Of a DNA stretch of 64,000 nucleotides, positions 1 through 9,739 are shown piece by piece. Within the stretch, counting starts at the first letter, position 1, and each line of letters starts with the position of its first letter. The stretch lies in NCBI GenBank assembly GCA_965140585.1, contig OZ223269.1, forward strand, positions 640,001 through 704,000, written 5' to 3'. A program made the position numbers and the translations under genes. The notes below the pieces were generated by a model. It searched no databases. It was not told where the DNA came from and saw only the letters and a list, made by a program, of their open reading frames with translations. Source of the stretch: Spirochaetia bacterium. Lineage in GTDB: Bacteria; Spirochaetota; Spirochaetia; UBA9216.

Positions 1-65
1 GAAACATGGCTGGCTAAGTAAGTCCGCTTAAATCAATTTTGGATCTGCGCTATGCAGATTTTATC

Positions 66-110
66 AAAAGCCCCGCTATATATGTATTATAAGCGGGGTT
101 TTTTCTTTTT
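66..110 (+). terminator. Intrinsic terminator of the upstream gene
   Basis: aaaagccccgct...agcggggtt inverted repeat followed by a T-tract. Confidence 0.7.
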
Positions 111-171
111 CAGGTAACAGTTTTGTGCTTCAGCCGTGTTTAAAACTAAAACACGTTCTGAAGGAGATCGT

Positions 172-936
172 ATGAAAAAGATTTTAACTTTAATGATAAT
201 TCTAACCGCATTAGTTTTTGCAGGTTGTGATATCTATATTGATTTTCCGGCTTGGGATCTCAATTACAGCCGAAATACAAGTCAGACTTTCTCGGTGCCT
301 GCAGCAAATAAGGTAATTGTGGAAAACAGTACAGGAAACGTCAAAATATATACCACTGAAGATGCGGAAGTGCTTGTTGAAGCTACAATAAAAACAAGAT
401 ACGAATCACAGCTGTATGAAGCAGGAATAAGCAGTACTGATACCGGTACTCTTACCATTGAATCTTACAGCGGGTCACTTTCCGGTACTGATGTTCAGTT
501 TGATATTACCATATATGTACCTGCCGGCATGATTGTATCTGTTGAAAACACCACAGGTAATGTTGAAATTGATGCTGATGTATATATCGATGATATTACT
601 GTTTCCACCGGCGAAGTATCTGTAAGCCGTGCCTATGAACTTGAATATGCTGAAGTTACAACAGGTCAGTTTTATTCAGATGATGTAGATGTTATTCACA
701 CTGTATACGTAGTTACCGGTAGCCTGGATGTCTCAATCACAGATGATTCATGCAATAAATCACTGACTGTTGTGACAGGTGACAGCACTGTAAGAGTTGA
801 ATATGGTCTTGATTTAAGTCTGTATACAGCCGTTGCCACAGGTTCAACCGATATCGACTGGAGCCAGAACTCTTTTGCAGTTTACAGTATTGATGCCAAA
901 GTCTCAACGGGAAGCCTGGACGTGGTTACAAGATAA
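172..936 (+). CDS. DUF4097-like beta-strand-repeat (adhesin-like) lipoprotein
   Basis: SD aaggag at 161-166 before ATG 172 (ORF track starts 136); lipobox LVFAG-C; repeated 'V.V.TG.V.I' beta-strand motifs. Confidence 0.7.
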   Translation: MKKILTLMIILTALVFAGCDIYIDFPAWDLNYSRNTSQTFSVPAANKVIVENSTGNVKIYTTEDAEVLVEATIKTRYESQLYEAGISSTDTGTLTIESYSGSLSGTDVQFDITIYVPAGMIVSVENTTGNVEIDADVYIDDITVSTGEVSVSRAYELEYAEVTTGQFYSDDVDVIHTVYVVTGSLDVSITDDSCNKSLTVVTGDSTVRVEYGLDLSLYTAVATGSTDIDWSQNSFAVYSIDAKVSTGSLDVVTR

Positions 937-955
937 AAGGCGGAATACAATTAAT

Positions 956-993
956 AAAAGCCCCCGGTTGTTCTATCAAACGGGGGCTTTTTT
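956..993. terminator. Bidirectional intrinsic terminator between convergent genes
   Basis: aaaagcccccg...cgggggctttttt. Confidence 0.8.
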
Positions 994-1015
994 ATATCAC
1001 GCAGCTTTGAAAGGC

Positions 1016-2593
1016 TTAGCAGTCTTTTTTCAGTTTGCAGACATATCTGTTGTAGTAATAATCAAAACTGTCAATCAGAGCCTCCCATGAAGCTTCCACT
1101 ATATTCTCTGAAACTCCAACGGTGTCCCAGCTGTTATTAACATCAGATGAAGTAATAAATACCCTTACTTTGGCTGCTGAAGCCTGTTCAGGGTTCAGTA
1201 CACGTACTTTATAGTCAACAAGTGATATTTTAGATATAAACGGGAAAAACGGCTTCAGGGCATCTCTGAGGGCCATATCAAGGGTCTCTACAGGTCCTAT
1301 ACCGAGTCCAGCCCCCATTACATTTTTATCAAGGGTTTCAAGAAATACACGACCGACCGTCTTTGAAGGAAGTCCCCCGGTCTTGAAAGATTCAAGATGG
1401 TAATTATTCAGCTCTGAAAGCTGCTTGTAGATACCAAGCTTTTTCCATACCAGGAGGTAGAAGGATGCTTCAGCCGCCTCGTATTCATAACCGTTGCTTT
1501 CCCTGTTCTTAAGTTCGTTAATAATATCAACAACCTCAGGCGATTTTTTATCAAAATTACCATATTTGGCAATCTTTTTTACAATGGTAGATTTGCCTGC
1601 AAGTTCCGAGAGAAGGATTCTTCTTTCATTTCCCACCTTGCTGCCGTCAAGATGCTCCATCAGCTCCGGAGCCTTGGAAATTACATCAGCATGCTGTCCG
1701 GCTTTGTGACTGAAGGCTGCTATTCCAACATAGGGAGCTCTCTTGTCAGGAATGATGTTGGCTTTTTCGGCAACAAACCTTGAAAGCGAAGTGAGTTCCT
1801 GAAGCTTCTTTGACATATTGATCTTATAATCTGTTTTAAAGGCAATATTCGGGGTGATGGAACAGAGGTTTGCATTTCCGCAGCGTTCTCCCCAGCCATT
1901 TATAGTCCCCTGAATATGAGTCGCACCCAAATCAAGGCTGATTATTGAGTTTGCTACAGCCGTACCGCAGTCGTCATGGTAATGAACTCCAATGCGGGCC
2001 AGCTCATTAACCGGAATGCCGTTTATTATCTTCCATACTTCATTCGGAAGTGTACCTCCGTTTGTATCGCATAAAACAAGGCAGTCTGCTCCTGCTTTGG
2101 TGGCTTCACGCATCAGAAGCATTGAATACTCCGGATCGTCCTTGAATCCGTCGAAGAAATGCTCAAGATCAAGAATAACCTCATCGATATGCTTTTTACA
2201 GTATTCTATTGAATCAACTATCATCTCGAGGTTCTGCTCCGGGTTTGTGTGCAGAACCTTTGTGACATGAGCCTTCCATGATTTGCCGACAATTGTTACA
2301 GCAGGTGTGCCGGCAGAGAGCAGGGCATTCAGGTGCGGATCTTCCGCTGCAGTATTTTTCGGACCGCGGGTTGAACCGAAAGCCACTATCTTTGCATGAT
2401 GAAACTTTTCCTTTTTAACACCTTCAAAAAAAGCAGCTTCCTTTTCATTAGCAAAGGGAAAGCCTCCTTCAATATAGTCCACGTTAATATCATCAAGAGC
2501 TTTTGCAATCTGTATCTTATCTGCAAGAGTAAAGCTTACTTCGATTCCCTGCATGCCGTCACGAAGTGTTGTATCGTATATATCTACATGCAT
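1016..2593 (-). CDS. cimA: Citramalate synthase
   Basis: DTTLRDGMQ, AFGSTR, IVGKSW, D.EHFFDGFK, LCDTNGG, GERCGNANL, AFSHKAGQH, VGVSENIVEASWEALIDS motifs of CimA-type enzymes. Confidence 0.88.
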   Translation of the reverse strand: MHVDIYDTTLRDGMQGIEVSFTLADKIQIAKALDDINVDYIEGGFPFANEKEAAFFEGVKKEKFHHAKIVAFGSTRGPKNTAAEDPHLNALLSAGTPAVTIVGKSWKAHVTKVLHTNPEQNLEMIVDSIEYCKKHIDEVILDLEHFFDGFKDDPEYSMLLMREATKAGADCLVLCDTNGGTLPNEVWKIINGIPVNELARIGVHYHDDCGTAVANSIISLDLGATHIQGTINGWGERCGNANLCSITPNIAFKTDYKINMSKKLQELTSLSRFVAEKANIIPDKRAPYVGIAAFSHKAGQHADVISKAPELMEHLDGSKVGNERRILLSELAGKSTIVKKIAKYGNFDKKSPEVVDIINELKNRESNGYEYEAAEASFYLLVWKKLGIYKQLSELNNYHLESFKTGGLPSKTVGRVFLETLDKNVMGAGLGIGPVETLDMALRDALKPFFPFISKISLVDYKVRVLNPEQASAAKVRVFITSSDVNNSWDTVGVSENIVEASWEALIDSFDYYYNRYVCKLKKDC

Positions 2594-2594
2594 T

Positions 2595-4115
2595 TTATGC
2601 CCCGTTGTTCTGCTGTGCCATCTTATGCCGGTTAAGTGCGCTTATATAAGCTCTGGCGCTGGCTTTCATGGTGTCGGTTGAAGAGCCCTTACCCTGAAAT
2701 TTCTTTCCGCCAATATCAACAGTGATATTAACTTCTCCGATTGCAAGTTTTCCGGAAGTCACTGCATGAACATGATATTCTTCAAGTTTAGTCTGTATAC
2801 CGGTGGCTTTTTCCAAAGCATTAAAAATTGCAGAAACCGAACCGTCTCCTTCTGCGGAGCCCTCAAAGGTTTCACCCTCGATTTTAATCTTTACATCAGC
2901 AGTAGGTGTCATGTTGGTGCCTACCGACAGTTTAAAGTACTCAAGAGAATAAATTGATGTTTCTTTTCCAAGTACAGAACCGCAGATAGAGAGTATGTCT
3001 TCATCAAATACTTCTTTCTTTCTGTCAGCCAGTTTAAGAAATACCTGAAATGCTGAATCCATTTCCTCATCAGAGAGGGCAATTCCAAGTTCGCCGACTC
3101 GTTTTTTAAAACCGTGTTTGCCGGAATGTCTTCCAAGCACAATCTCACTGTTTTCACGGCCTACAGATTCAGGAGTCATTATCTCGTAGGTTTCGCGGTT
3201 TTTAAGCATTCCGTCCTGATGTATTCCTGATTCATGACTGAAGGCGTTGGCACCCACAATAGGCTTGTTTCTGGGAAGCGGACTGCCGATGATCATCGAA
3301 AGCATTCTTGATGTGTAATACAGCTGCTTCGTATCGATTCCTGTTTCAATACCGTGAACATCCTTTCGTACATTCAGGGCCATAACAAGCTCTTCAAGGC
3401 TTGCATTACCGGCTCTTTCTCCGATACCGTTAACAGAAACTTCTGCCTGCCTTGCGCCGTTCTTTATAGCGGAAAGAGTATTGGCTACGGCCATTCCAAG
3501 GTCATTGTGACAATGAACACTTATGATAGCCTTATCGATATTGGGAACATTGTTCATTATTGAACTTATAAATGAACCGTATTCATCGGGCATTGTATAA
3601 CCTACAGTATCAGGGATGTTGAGAATTGTGGCACCGGCATCAATAACCTTTTCCAGAATCCTGTAAAGGAACTCAAGCTCACTTCTAGTCCCGTCTTCCG
3701 GAGAAAATTCAACCTCGGGGAACTTGTTTCTGGCGTATGTCACTGCTTTTACAGCGTTCTCCACTACCTTGTCAGGTTCCATGTTCAGTTTGTACTTCAT
3801 ATGGATAGGCGATGTTGCAATAAAGGTGTGAAGTCGAGGATTTTCAGCTTTGCCTATTGATTCATAAGCCGCATCAATATCCTTTTCAACAGCTCTTGCA
3901 AGTCCACAAATGGTTGTACCTTTAACATTTTCAGCAATAAGCTTACAGGCATCAAACTGATGGGGTGAAGAAACCGGAAATCCGGCTTCTATAATATCAA
4001 CACCGAGCCTGGAAAGCTGAAGTGCAAATTCATATTTCTGTTCAATGGTCATGGAAGCGCCGGGCGCCTGTTCTCCGTCTCTGAGTGTGGTGTCAAAAAT
4101 CCTGATATTTTCCAT
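2595..4115 (-). CDS. leuA: 2-isopropylmalate synthase
   Basis: IFDTTLRDGEQAPG, HTFIATS, HCHNDLG, GIGERAGNASLEE, HESGIHQDG.LK..ETYEI, C-terminal regulatory domain. Confidence 0.95.
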   Translation of the reverse strand: MENIRIFDTTLRDGEQAPGASMTIEQKYEFALQLSRLGVDIIEAGFPVSSPHQFDACKLIAENVKGTTICGLARAVEKDIDAAYESIGKAENPRLHTFIATSPIHMKYKLNMEPDKVVENAVKAVTYARNKFPEVEFSPEDGTRSELEFLYRILEKVIDAGATILNIPDTVGYTMPDEYGSFISSIMNNVPNIDKAIISVHCHNDLGMAVANTLSAIKNGARQAEVSVNGIGERAGNASLEELVMALNVRKDVHGIETGIDTKQLYYTSRMLSMIIGSPLPRNKPIVGANAFSHESGIHQDGMLKNRETYEIMTPESVGRENSEIVLGRHSGKHGFKKRVGELGIALSDEEMDSAFQVFLKLADRKKEVFDEDILSICGSVLGKETSIYSLEYFKLSVGTNMTPTADVKIKIEGETFEGSAEGDGSVSAIFNALEKATGIQTKLEEYHVHAVTSGKLAIGEVNITVDIGGKKFQGKGSSTDTMKASARAYISALNRHKMAQQNNGA

Positions 4116-4120
4116 ATTGT

Positions 4121-4636
4121 CTAATACTCCTTTTCCCTGGTACTTTTAGCAGTACCACTTGTCTTTCTTCCTCTTTCTATCGAGACCAGGCCGCTTCTTG
4201 CGATTTCAGAAACGTGGCCGTCCAAAAGCATAACAAGATCATCTATCTTTTTTGCGCTGCCGGTAATCTCAAGCACCATCGTATTACTTCCTACATCCAT
4301 AACCTTTGCGTCAAAGACTTCAGCCAGCTGTATAATTTCTCCGCGGTTTCCAGGAAGTACGGATATTTTAATCAGTGCGAATTGTCTTGCAATGGTGTCC
4401 TTGCTTGTCAGATCGGTAACCTTGATAACTTCGATAAGCTTGTTAAGCTGCTTTTTTATCTGGTCAATGATTGTGTCGTCTCCACGGCATACAAGTGTTA
4501 TTCTTGTAATTGCCGGGTCGAGGGTAGGGCCGGATGAGAAACTTTCCACATTATAACCGCGTCCGCTGAGAAGTCCGGAAATCCTGGCAAGCACGCCGGC
4601 ATTGTTTTCAACGAGAAGTGAAATTACATGATTCAT
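4121..4636 (-). CDS. ilvN: Acetolactate synthase small (regulatory) subunit
   Basis: ACT domain LLVENNAGVLARISGL, KQLNKLIEVIKV, EIARSG; overlaps ilvB stop. Confidence 0.95.
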   Translation of the reverse strand: MNHVISLLVENNAGVLARISGLLSGRGYNVESFSSGPTLDPAITRITLVCRGDDTIIDQIKKQLNKLIEVIKVTDLTSKDTIARQFALIKISVLPGNRGEIIQLAEVFDAKVMDVGSNTMVLEITGSAKKIDDLVMLLDGHVSEIARSGLVSIERGRKTSGTAKSTREKEY

Positions 4637-6387
4637 TTTTTATCCTCCCCGGAATCAAGGCTGAAAACCATTTCGCCGAGGCCGGCACCAGGAGGTACCA
4701 TCGGCCAGACATCTGCTTCAGGTTCAATTATACAGTCAATAATAACCGGTTTGTCTTTTATATCTTTGATTTCTACCAGAGCTTTTTCAAGCTCATCAAT
4801 GGTATTGACCCTGAAACCGCGGGCTGTGTATGCCTCAGCCAGTTTTACAAAATCCGGAGTTGCTTCATATGCCGGTTTTTCCCCGTCATATTTTAAGTCA
4901 TTAAGATGGGTGGAAGAATATCGTCCTTTCTGAAACATCTTCTGCCACTGTCTGACCATTCCAAGATAACCGTTGTTCAGGATAAGTATAATAACCGGCA
5001 GGTTGTTTTTAACCGCGGTAGCCATTTCCTGTAGATTCATCTGGAATGACCCGTCCCCGGATACAGCAACTACACGTTTTTCACGGTTTGCAATCGCAGC
5101 GCCCACTGCTGCAGGAAAGCCGTAGCCCATTGTTCCGAGACCGCCTGAAGTCACGAAGGTTCTCGGATTTTTGAATTTCCAGTAAAGGGCTGTCCACATC
5201 TGATTCTGTCCGACTTCAGTTGTAACAATCGCTTCCGGAAATGCCTTGTTTACTGTTTCAAGAACTTCAAGAGGCATTAAATGTTCTGTAGGTTCTTCTT
5301 TTAAATGAAAACCTTCATATGCATTTCTGCAGACAGCTTCTTCCTTCCATGCCTTAATTTGTTCAGTCCATGCAGGATTGCCAAGCGGCTCAAGCAGGGG
5401 AAGCATATCTGTCAGAACACTCTGGGCATCACCTACAATGGGCACCTCAACGGCTACATTTCTCGCTATAGCTGCCGGATCAATATCAAGATGGACTATC
5501 TTGGCATGAGGAGCAAATTTATCAAGTTCCATTGTAACCCTGTCATCAAACCGTACGCCGATACCGAAAATTACATCGCTGTCAGTGATTGCCTTGTTGG
5601 CCGCATATGTTCCGTGCATACCCAGCATTCCCAGGTTGAGGGGGTTTTCTGTCTCAAGAGAACCAATACCCATAAGTGAGTTAACTGCAGGTATTCCGGT
5701 CTTGTTAACAATTTCACGGAAGACTTCAGCAGCATTCCCGACATTGATTCCGCCGCCTGCAAACAGAACAGGCTTTTTAGCCTTGTTTATAAGATTTGCA
5801 GCCCTTTTTATCTGTCCCTTGTGACCTTTCTCAGGCGGGGCATAACCCATGATACTTACAGTTTCCGGGTAGCTTTCCTCTTCAGGCTGGAGAATGATAT
5901 CTTTCGGAATATCTATTACAACAGGGCCTGGCCGGCCGGTTGAGGCTATGTAAAACGCGTCTTTAAGTGTCTTACCAAGTTTATCTCTTTCTGTGACTAT
6001 ATAATTATGTTTTGTAACCGGTCTTGTTAAACCAACTGTGTCGGCTTCCTGAAAAGCATCATTACCAATCATTTTTCTTGGAACCTGACCGGATATACAG
6101 ACAAGGGGTACACTGTCGAAATTTGCAGTAGCCAGTCCTGTTATAGTGTTGGTTACACCCGGACCGCTTGTTACCAGACACACACCGGTTTTGCCGGTAG
6201 TTCTTGCATAGGCATCAGCCGCATGAACGGCAGCCTGCTCGTGTCTGGTAAGGATTACGTTGATATCCTTGGCGTCATACAGTACGTCGAAAACTGGTAT
6301 TACTACTCCGCCGGGGTAACCGAATATTGTGTCGATATTTTCCCTGCGTAATGCTTCAACGATAAGCTCAGAGCCTTTAAATACCAT
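4633..6387 (-). CDS. ilvB: Acetolactate synthase large subunit
   Basis: FGYPGG, RHEQAA, TSGPG, SGGLGTMGYG, GDGSFQMN TPP motif, GMVRQWQ. Confidence 0.95.
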   Translation of the reverse strand: MVFKGSELIVEALRRENIDTIFGYPGGVVIPVFDVLYDAKDINVILTRHEQAAVHAADAYARTTGKTGVCLVTSGPGVTNTITGLATANFDSVPLVCISGQVPRKMIGNDAFQEADTVGLTRPVTKHNYIVTERDKLGKTLKDAFYIASTGRPGPVVIDIPKDIILQPEEESYPETVSIMGYAPPEKGHKGQIKRAANLINKAKKPVLFAGGGINVGNAAEVFREIVNKTGIPAVNSLMGIGSLETENPLNLGMLGMHGTYAANKAITDSDVIFGIGVRFDDRVTMELDKFAPHAKIVHLDIDPAAIARNVAVEVPIVGDAQSVLTDMLPLLEPLGNPAWTEQIKAWKEEAVCRNAYEGFHLKEEPTEHLMPLEVLETVNKAFPEAIVTTEVGQNQMWTALYWKFKNPRTFVTSGGLGTMGYGFPAAVGAAIANREKRVVAVSGDGSFQMNLQEMATAVKNNLPVIILILNNGYLGMVRQWQKMFQKGRYSSTHLNDLKYDGEKPAYEATPDFVKLAEAYTARGFRVNTIDELEKALVEIKDIKDKPVIIDCIIEPEADVWPMVPPGAGLGEMVFSLDSGEDKK

Positions 6388-6403
6388 TTTTTCCTCCTTA
6401 AAT

Positions 6404-6438
6404 AAAAAAAACCGTTCTCCCTTGCAGGAAGAACGGTT
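6404..6438 (-). terminator. Attenuator terminator in the ilvB leader
   Basis: Minus strand AACCGTTCTTCC-TGCAA-GGGAGAACGGTT followed by a T-run, just upstream of the ilvB SD. Confidence 0.85.
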
Positions 6439-6459
6439 GGAAAATCAGTTTCCGGTAAG

Positions 6460-6552
6460 TCAATCTCCCTGCATTGAGTAACCTGATAGTAGAATAATAA
6501 TAATGCTGAGTATAGAGATAATTGATTTACCGGAAACGATGTTATTAAACAT
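6460..6552 (-). CDS. Ile/Leu-rich attenuation leader peptide MFNNIVSGKSIISILSIIIILLSGYSMQGD (30 aa; not in ORF track)
   Basis: 8 Ile, 3 Leu, 1 Val including an IIIILL run; mutually exclusive hairpins and a terminator downstream. Confidence 0.85.
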   Translation of the reverse strand: MFNNIVSGKSIISILSIIIILLSGYSMQGD

Positions 6553-6558
6553 GGTGAA

Positions 6559-6587
6559 AGATTAATAGGGAATCTGTCTTTTGTCAA
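6559..6587 (-). promoter_or_regulatory. Sigma70 promoter of the ilv leader/operon
   Basis: TTGACA-17-TAATCT; predicted +1 falls on the leader ATG (6552). Confidence 0.7.
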
Positions 6588-6644
6588 CCGTATGATAGAA
6601 TTTTAAGTTTTGAAATGGACGTTCATGCTGTTATAATTCAAAGT

Positions 6645-7265
6645 ATGGAACTTATTATAGAATATTTTGGAACATTGTCATCAGTTATAGTTGCTATATC
6701 GCTGATGCAGAAGAACGTAAAAAAACTAAGAATACTGAATCTTGTAGGATCATTGGCCTTTACAGTATACGGAATCTTTATAAGAGCATGGCCGGTTGCC
6801 GGACTTAACGGGTTTATAGTGGCTATAGATCTCTACTATATTATAACGATGAGCAGGACAGAGAGTTTTTTTGAAATCATGAAAGTTGATTCAGCTGCAG
6901 ATTCACCATACCTGAAAAAATTTGTGGATTTCTACAGATATGATATCTGTAAATTTGTGCCTGATTTCTGTGCAAATGATTTTGAAAAATCTCAAGCTGT
7001 GTTTGTGCTTAGGGATATGAATCCTGCATCACTTATTCTTTATAAAGAAGAGGAAAACACTATAAAAATTAATCTTGATTATGCCGTTCCTGCTTACAGG
7101 GATATGAAAAATGCCGCTTTTTTTCTGAAAAAAGCAACTGAACTGTTTCCTGAAGCATATGAAATAACTGCTCCTGCTGAGACATCTGAAATACATCGAC
7201 GCTATATGGAAAAAGTCGGTTTTGTTATTTCTCAGGAACGGGGAGTATATATATACAGAAGATGA
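6645..7265 (+). CDS. YgjV-like inner-membrane protein with soluble C-terminal domain
   Basis: KLRILNLVGS.AF..YG.FI.AWPV...N membrane motif; C-terminal LDYAVPAYRD.K; start 6645 chosen from promoter geometry (ORF track 6615). Confidence 0.7.
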   Translation: MELIIEYFGTLSSVIVAISLMQKNVKKLRILNLVGSLAFTVYGIFIRAWPVAGLNGFIVAIDLYYIITMSRTESFFEIMKVDSAADSPYLKKFVDFYRYDICKFVPDFCANDFEKSQAVFVLRDMNPASLILYKEEENTIKINLDYAVPAYRDMKNAAFFLKKATELFPEAYEITAPAETSEIHRRYMEKVGFVISQERGVYIYRR

Positions 7266-7287
7266 GCCGATAAATGACTGTAGCAAG

Positions 7288-8964
7288 ATGAAAGACAAAG
7301 ATGTATTTAACAGATTAGTACTTGAACTTACACCCGTAGAAAGAAAGGAACTGCTCAGTAAAATAGGTCCTGTAGAGGTATTCCAGGAACCTATGATTGA
7401 TTTCAGCCGTGGAGAGGAAGTTGATCTTGAAAAAGAGTTCTATTCTATGGGTTTTTTGGAAAGGATTATAATCTTTTTCAGATCTATAATATCAGGTGAA
7501 GATAAACTTCAGCTGACTGAAGAAATAATATTAAAAAAAATAGAGCGTGAAATTAAATCGGAATGCGGCGGTATAATTTCGTATAAAAACGGACAGCTTC
7601 TGCCTCCATTCCGCGAGGAGCTTCTGAAACTTGCAGAATCGGTACGGTATTTCGACAGCTGGCTGAAAAATTCATACTTCACCAATCGTGAGGATTTTAT
7701 AATCTTTCTGGGAAGCCTTCAGATGCCGGAAATACATCAGCAGCTGAGCGTGGCTGTATCTTTTGAGGAAGCTGAAAAAAGAACAGGCTTGAGTAATCTG
7801 TCTGATATTAAACGGGAAGTCAGTATCAGCCTGGAAAGTACACTTGATTTGGTATCAGGTGATTTAAGGAAAACTATGTATCTCCATGCACAGACTCTGC
7901 ACCTGCTTGGAGAACTGGTGTTATATGATTTTGAATCTCTGATAGGGCAGTTTCGCGAGCGATCAAAAAACGGTGAAACAAATTGTTTTTTCGGTGCTGC
8001 AAGGAACCTTCTTGAAAAACTGACAAATATTCTTACTTCATTCAGAATGTCGCCGGATGCAATAGTTCTTGAAGCAATTTTTCTTTTTGCGAATCAGAAT
8101 CTGCGGGCAACCGATGAAGAAACATTTCAGAATGATCTTAAGAAATTTTTAAACAATTCAAAAAGAAATCTTGAGGCTGTGAAAAAGTTCAATAAGCGAA
8201 CTATGCCTGTAAAGCTGATGAAGCTGATTACTGAGAATATAGGTTATCAGCCGGTAAAGGTTTCAGGCGGTGAAGACTGGTATAACATATACACAAGATA
8301 CTGGAATAATCTTGCCGATATTGCCTTTCGCAAATACAGTGCAGAAAAAAGAAAACTAAGAATTTATGAAGAGCTCAGGCGTTTCAATAAGAGTGATAAA
8401 CTGCCTGAACTTGATAATTATAAATACACCTATCAGTACAGTACAGGCTTTTTGAATGAGTTCATCAGAGAGCAGTTCAGTTCCATTATGAATGAGATCT
8501 TAAAGAAAATACTTGTAGACGGCCGGTTTTATAAAAAGCAGAATAAGGATGATTTTACCGATTCATATTCCCGGCTTCTTGGTCTGTATGAGAAACTTAA
8601 CAAATTTGATCAGAAAATGTCTCCTCAGGGTGAAATCGGTTCTCAACTTGCCGCTATTGAACAGGAAATGGCGGGGACAAGTGTGCGCAGGAAAAAAGAA
8701 GCTTCATTCATTGAAGCCGCTGATATGGAGGCCAGAGAGATAATTCGTACCGGAATTGAAGCAATGGCAATGCTTAAACTGATTCTGTATGGAATACTGC
8801 ATGGTCGGGCCGGCGGACAGTACGACAGTCTTTCGAATATAAACCGTCTGGTAACTGTAGAGAGCCGTGATTTTATAATTGATCTTAACAATGTGTACAC
8901 AAAACTTGAAGATTCTTGCCGGATTCTGGGTGATATTATGGATCTTGAAGAAGAGAGCAGGTAG
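7288..8964 (+). CDS. Spirochete-type conserved protein (DUF5312-like)
   Basis: Long helical ORF with GGEDW, IL.DG.FYK..N..DFTDSY and GG.YDSLSN motifs; ORF track starts 7222. Confidence 0.6.
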   Translation: MKDKDVFNRLVLELTPVERKELLSKIGPVEVFQEPMIDFSRGEEVDLEKEFYSMGFLERIIIFFRSIISGEDKLQLTEEIILKKIEREIKSECGGIISYKNGQLLPPFREELLKLAESVRYFDSWLKNSYFTNREDFIIFLGSLQMPEIHQQLSVAVSFEEAEKRTGLSNLSDIKREVSISLESTLDLVSGDLRKTMYLHAQTLHLLGELVLYDFESLIGQFRERSKNGETNCFFGAARNLLEKLTNILTSFRMSPDAIVLEAIFLFANQNLRATDEETFQNDLKKFLNNSKRNLEAVKKFNKRTMPVKLMKLITENIGYQPVKVSGGEDWYNIYTRYWNNLADIAFRKYSAEKRKLRIYEELRRFNKSDKLPELDNYKYTYQYSTGFLNEFIREQFSSIMNEILKKILVDGRFYKKQNKDDFTDSYSRLLGLYEKLNKFDQKMSPQGEIGSQLAAIEQEMAGTSVRRKKEASFIEAADMEAREIIRTGIEAMAMLKLILYGILHGRAGGQYDSLSNINRLVTVESRDFIIDLNNVYTKLEDSCRILGDIMDLEEESR

Positions 8965-8972
8965 GAAAAATA

Positions 8973-9689
8973 TTGGAAACTCAAATAGAATTATTTAATG
9001 ACGGCAATGGCTGTACTTGTTTTATGTCTTTAAAGGCTGCAGGCAGTATGGGGCAGTCTGATGATACAGGCAATATCAACAGAATCCGTATTTTTGAAAG
9101 CATGAATGTTGATTATTCAAGAGTCTGTACTGTTACTCAGATGCATACGCGTAAAGTTGTTAATGTGTCAGATTATGAAGATAGAGAAAGCATTGTACAT
9201 ATTGAGGCTGACGGTATGGTTACAGCTTCATCCAAGATAATTCCGGTTATTACCGTTGCAGACTGTATGCCGATATTTCTCTATGACTCTCACAATATGG
9301 TTCGCGCTCTGCTTCATAGCGGGTGGCAGGGAACCGGAATAGTAAAAAATGCAATATCCATAATGAAGGATGTTTACGGAAGTAAACCGGAAGAGCTGCA
9401 AGCTGTTCTTGGACCATCTATAGGAGACTGCTGTTATAAAGTTGATCAAAACCGGGCAGAAAAATTTTCCAATGAATGGGGAAGCAGCTCGGTAGTAATA
9501 AAAAGTGACGGCCCATATTTATCGCTTAAGAATGCTAATTTAAAAATCCTAGCCGAGGAAGGCATCAGTATGATTACAGATAAAAATTACTGTACCTGCT
9601 GTGATGAACGGTTCGGCTCATTCAGAAGGGAAGGCTCTGATAACTTTAACCGCATGATAGTCGGCAGTATCTTGAATCCATCAGTTTAA
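8973..9689 (+). CDS. pgeF: YfiH/PgeF-family (laccase-domain) protein
   Basis: Q.H, ADG, TVADCMPI, HSGWQG, GPSI..CCY.V, CTCC, F.SFRR. Confidence 0.85.
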   Translation: METQIELFNDGNGCTCFMSLKAAGSMGQSDDTGNINRIRIFESMNVDYSRVCTVTQMHTRKVVNVSDYEDRESIVHIEADGMVTASSKIIPVITVADCMPIFLYDSHNMVRALLHSGWQGTGIVKNAISIMKDVYGSKPEELQAVLGPSIGDCCYKVDQNRAEKFSNEWGSSSVVIKSDGPYLSLKNANLKILAEEGISMITDKNYCTCCDERFGSFRREGSDNFNRMIVGSILNPSV

Positions 9690-9739
9690 TATGACATTAT
9701 AAGCTACTTTATCTATACATCTCCGGAGGGTACCAGATC

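Noticed and set aside
6303-6587. 94-aa ORF upstream of ilvB in the ORF track
   Set aside because: Its 'start' is the TTG of the -35 box and it runs through the terminator; the real element is the 30-aa leader in another frame.
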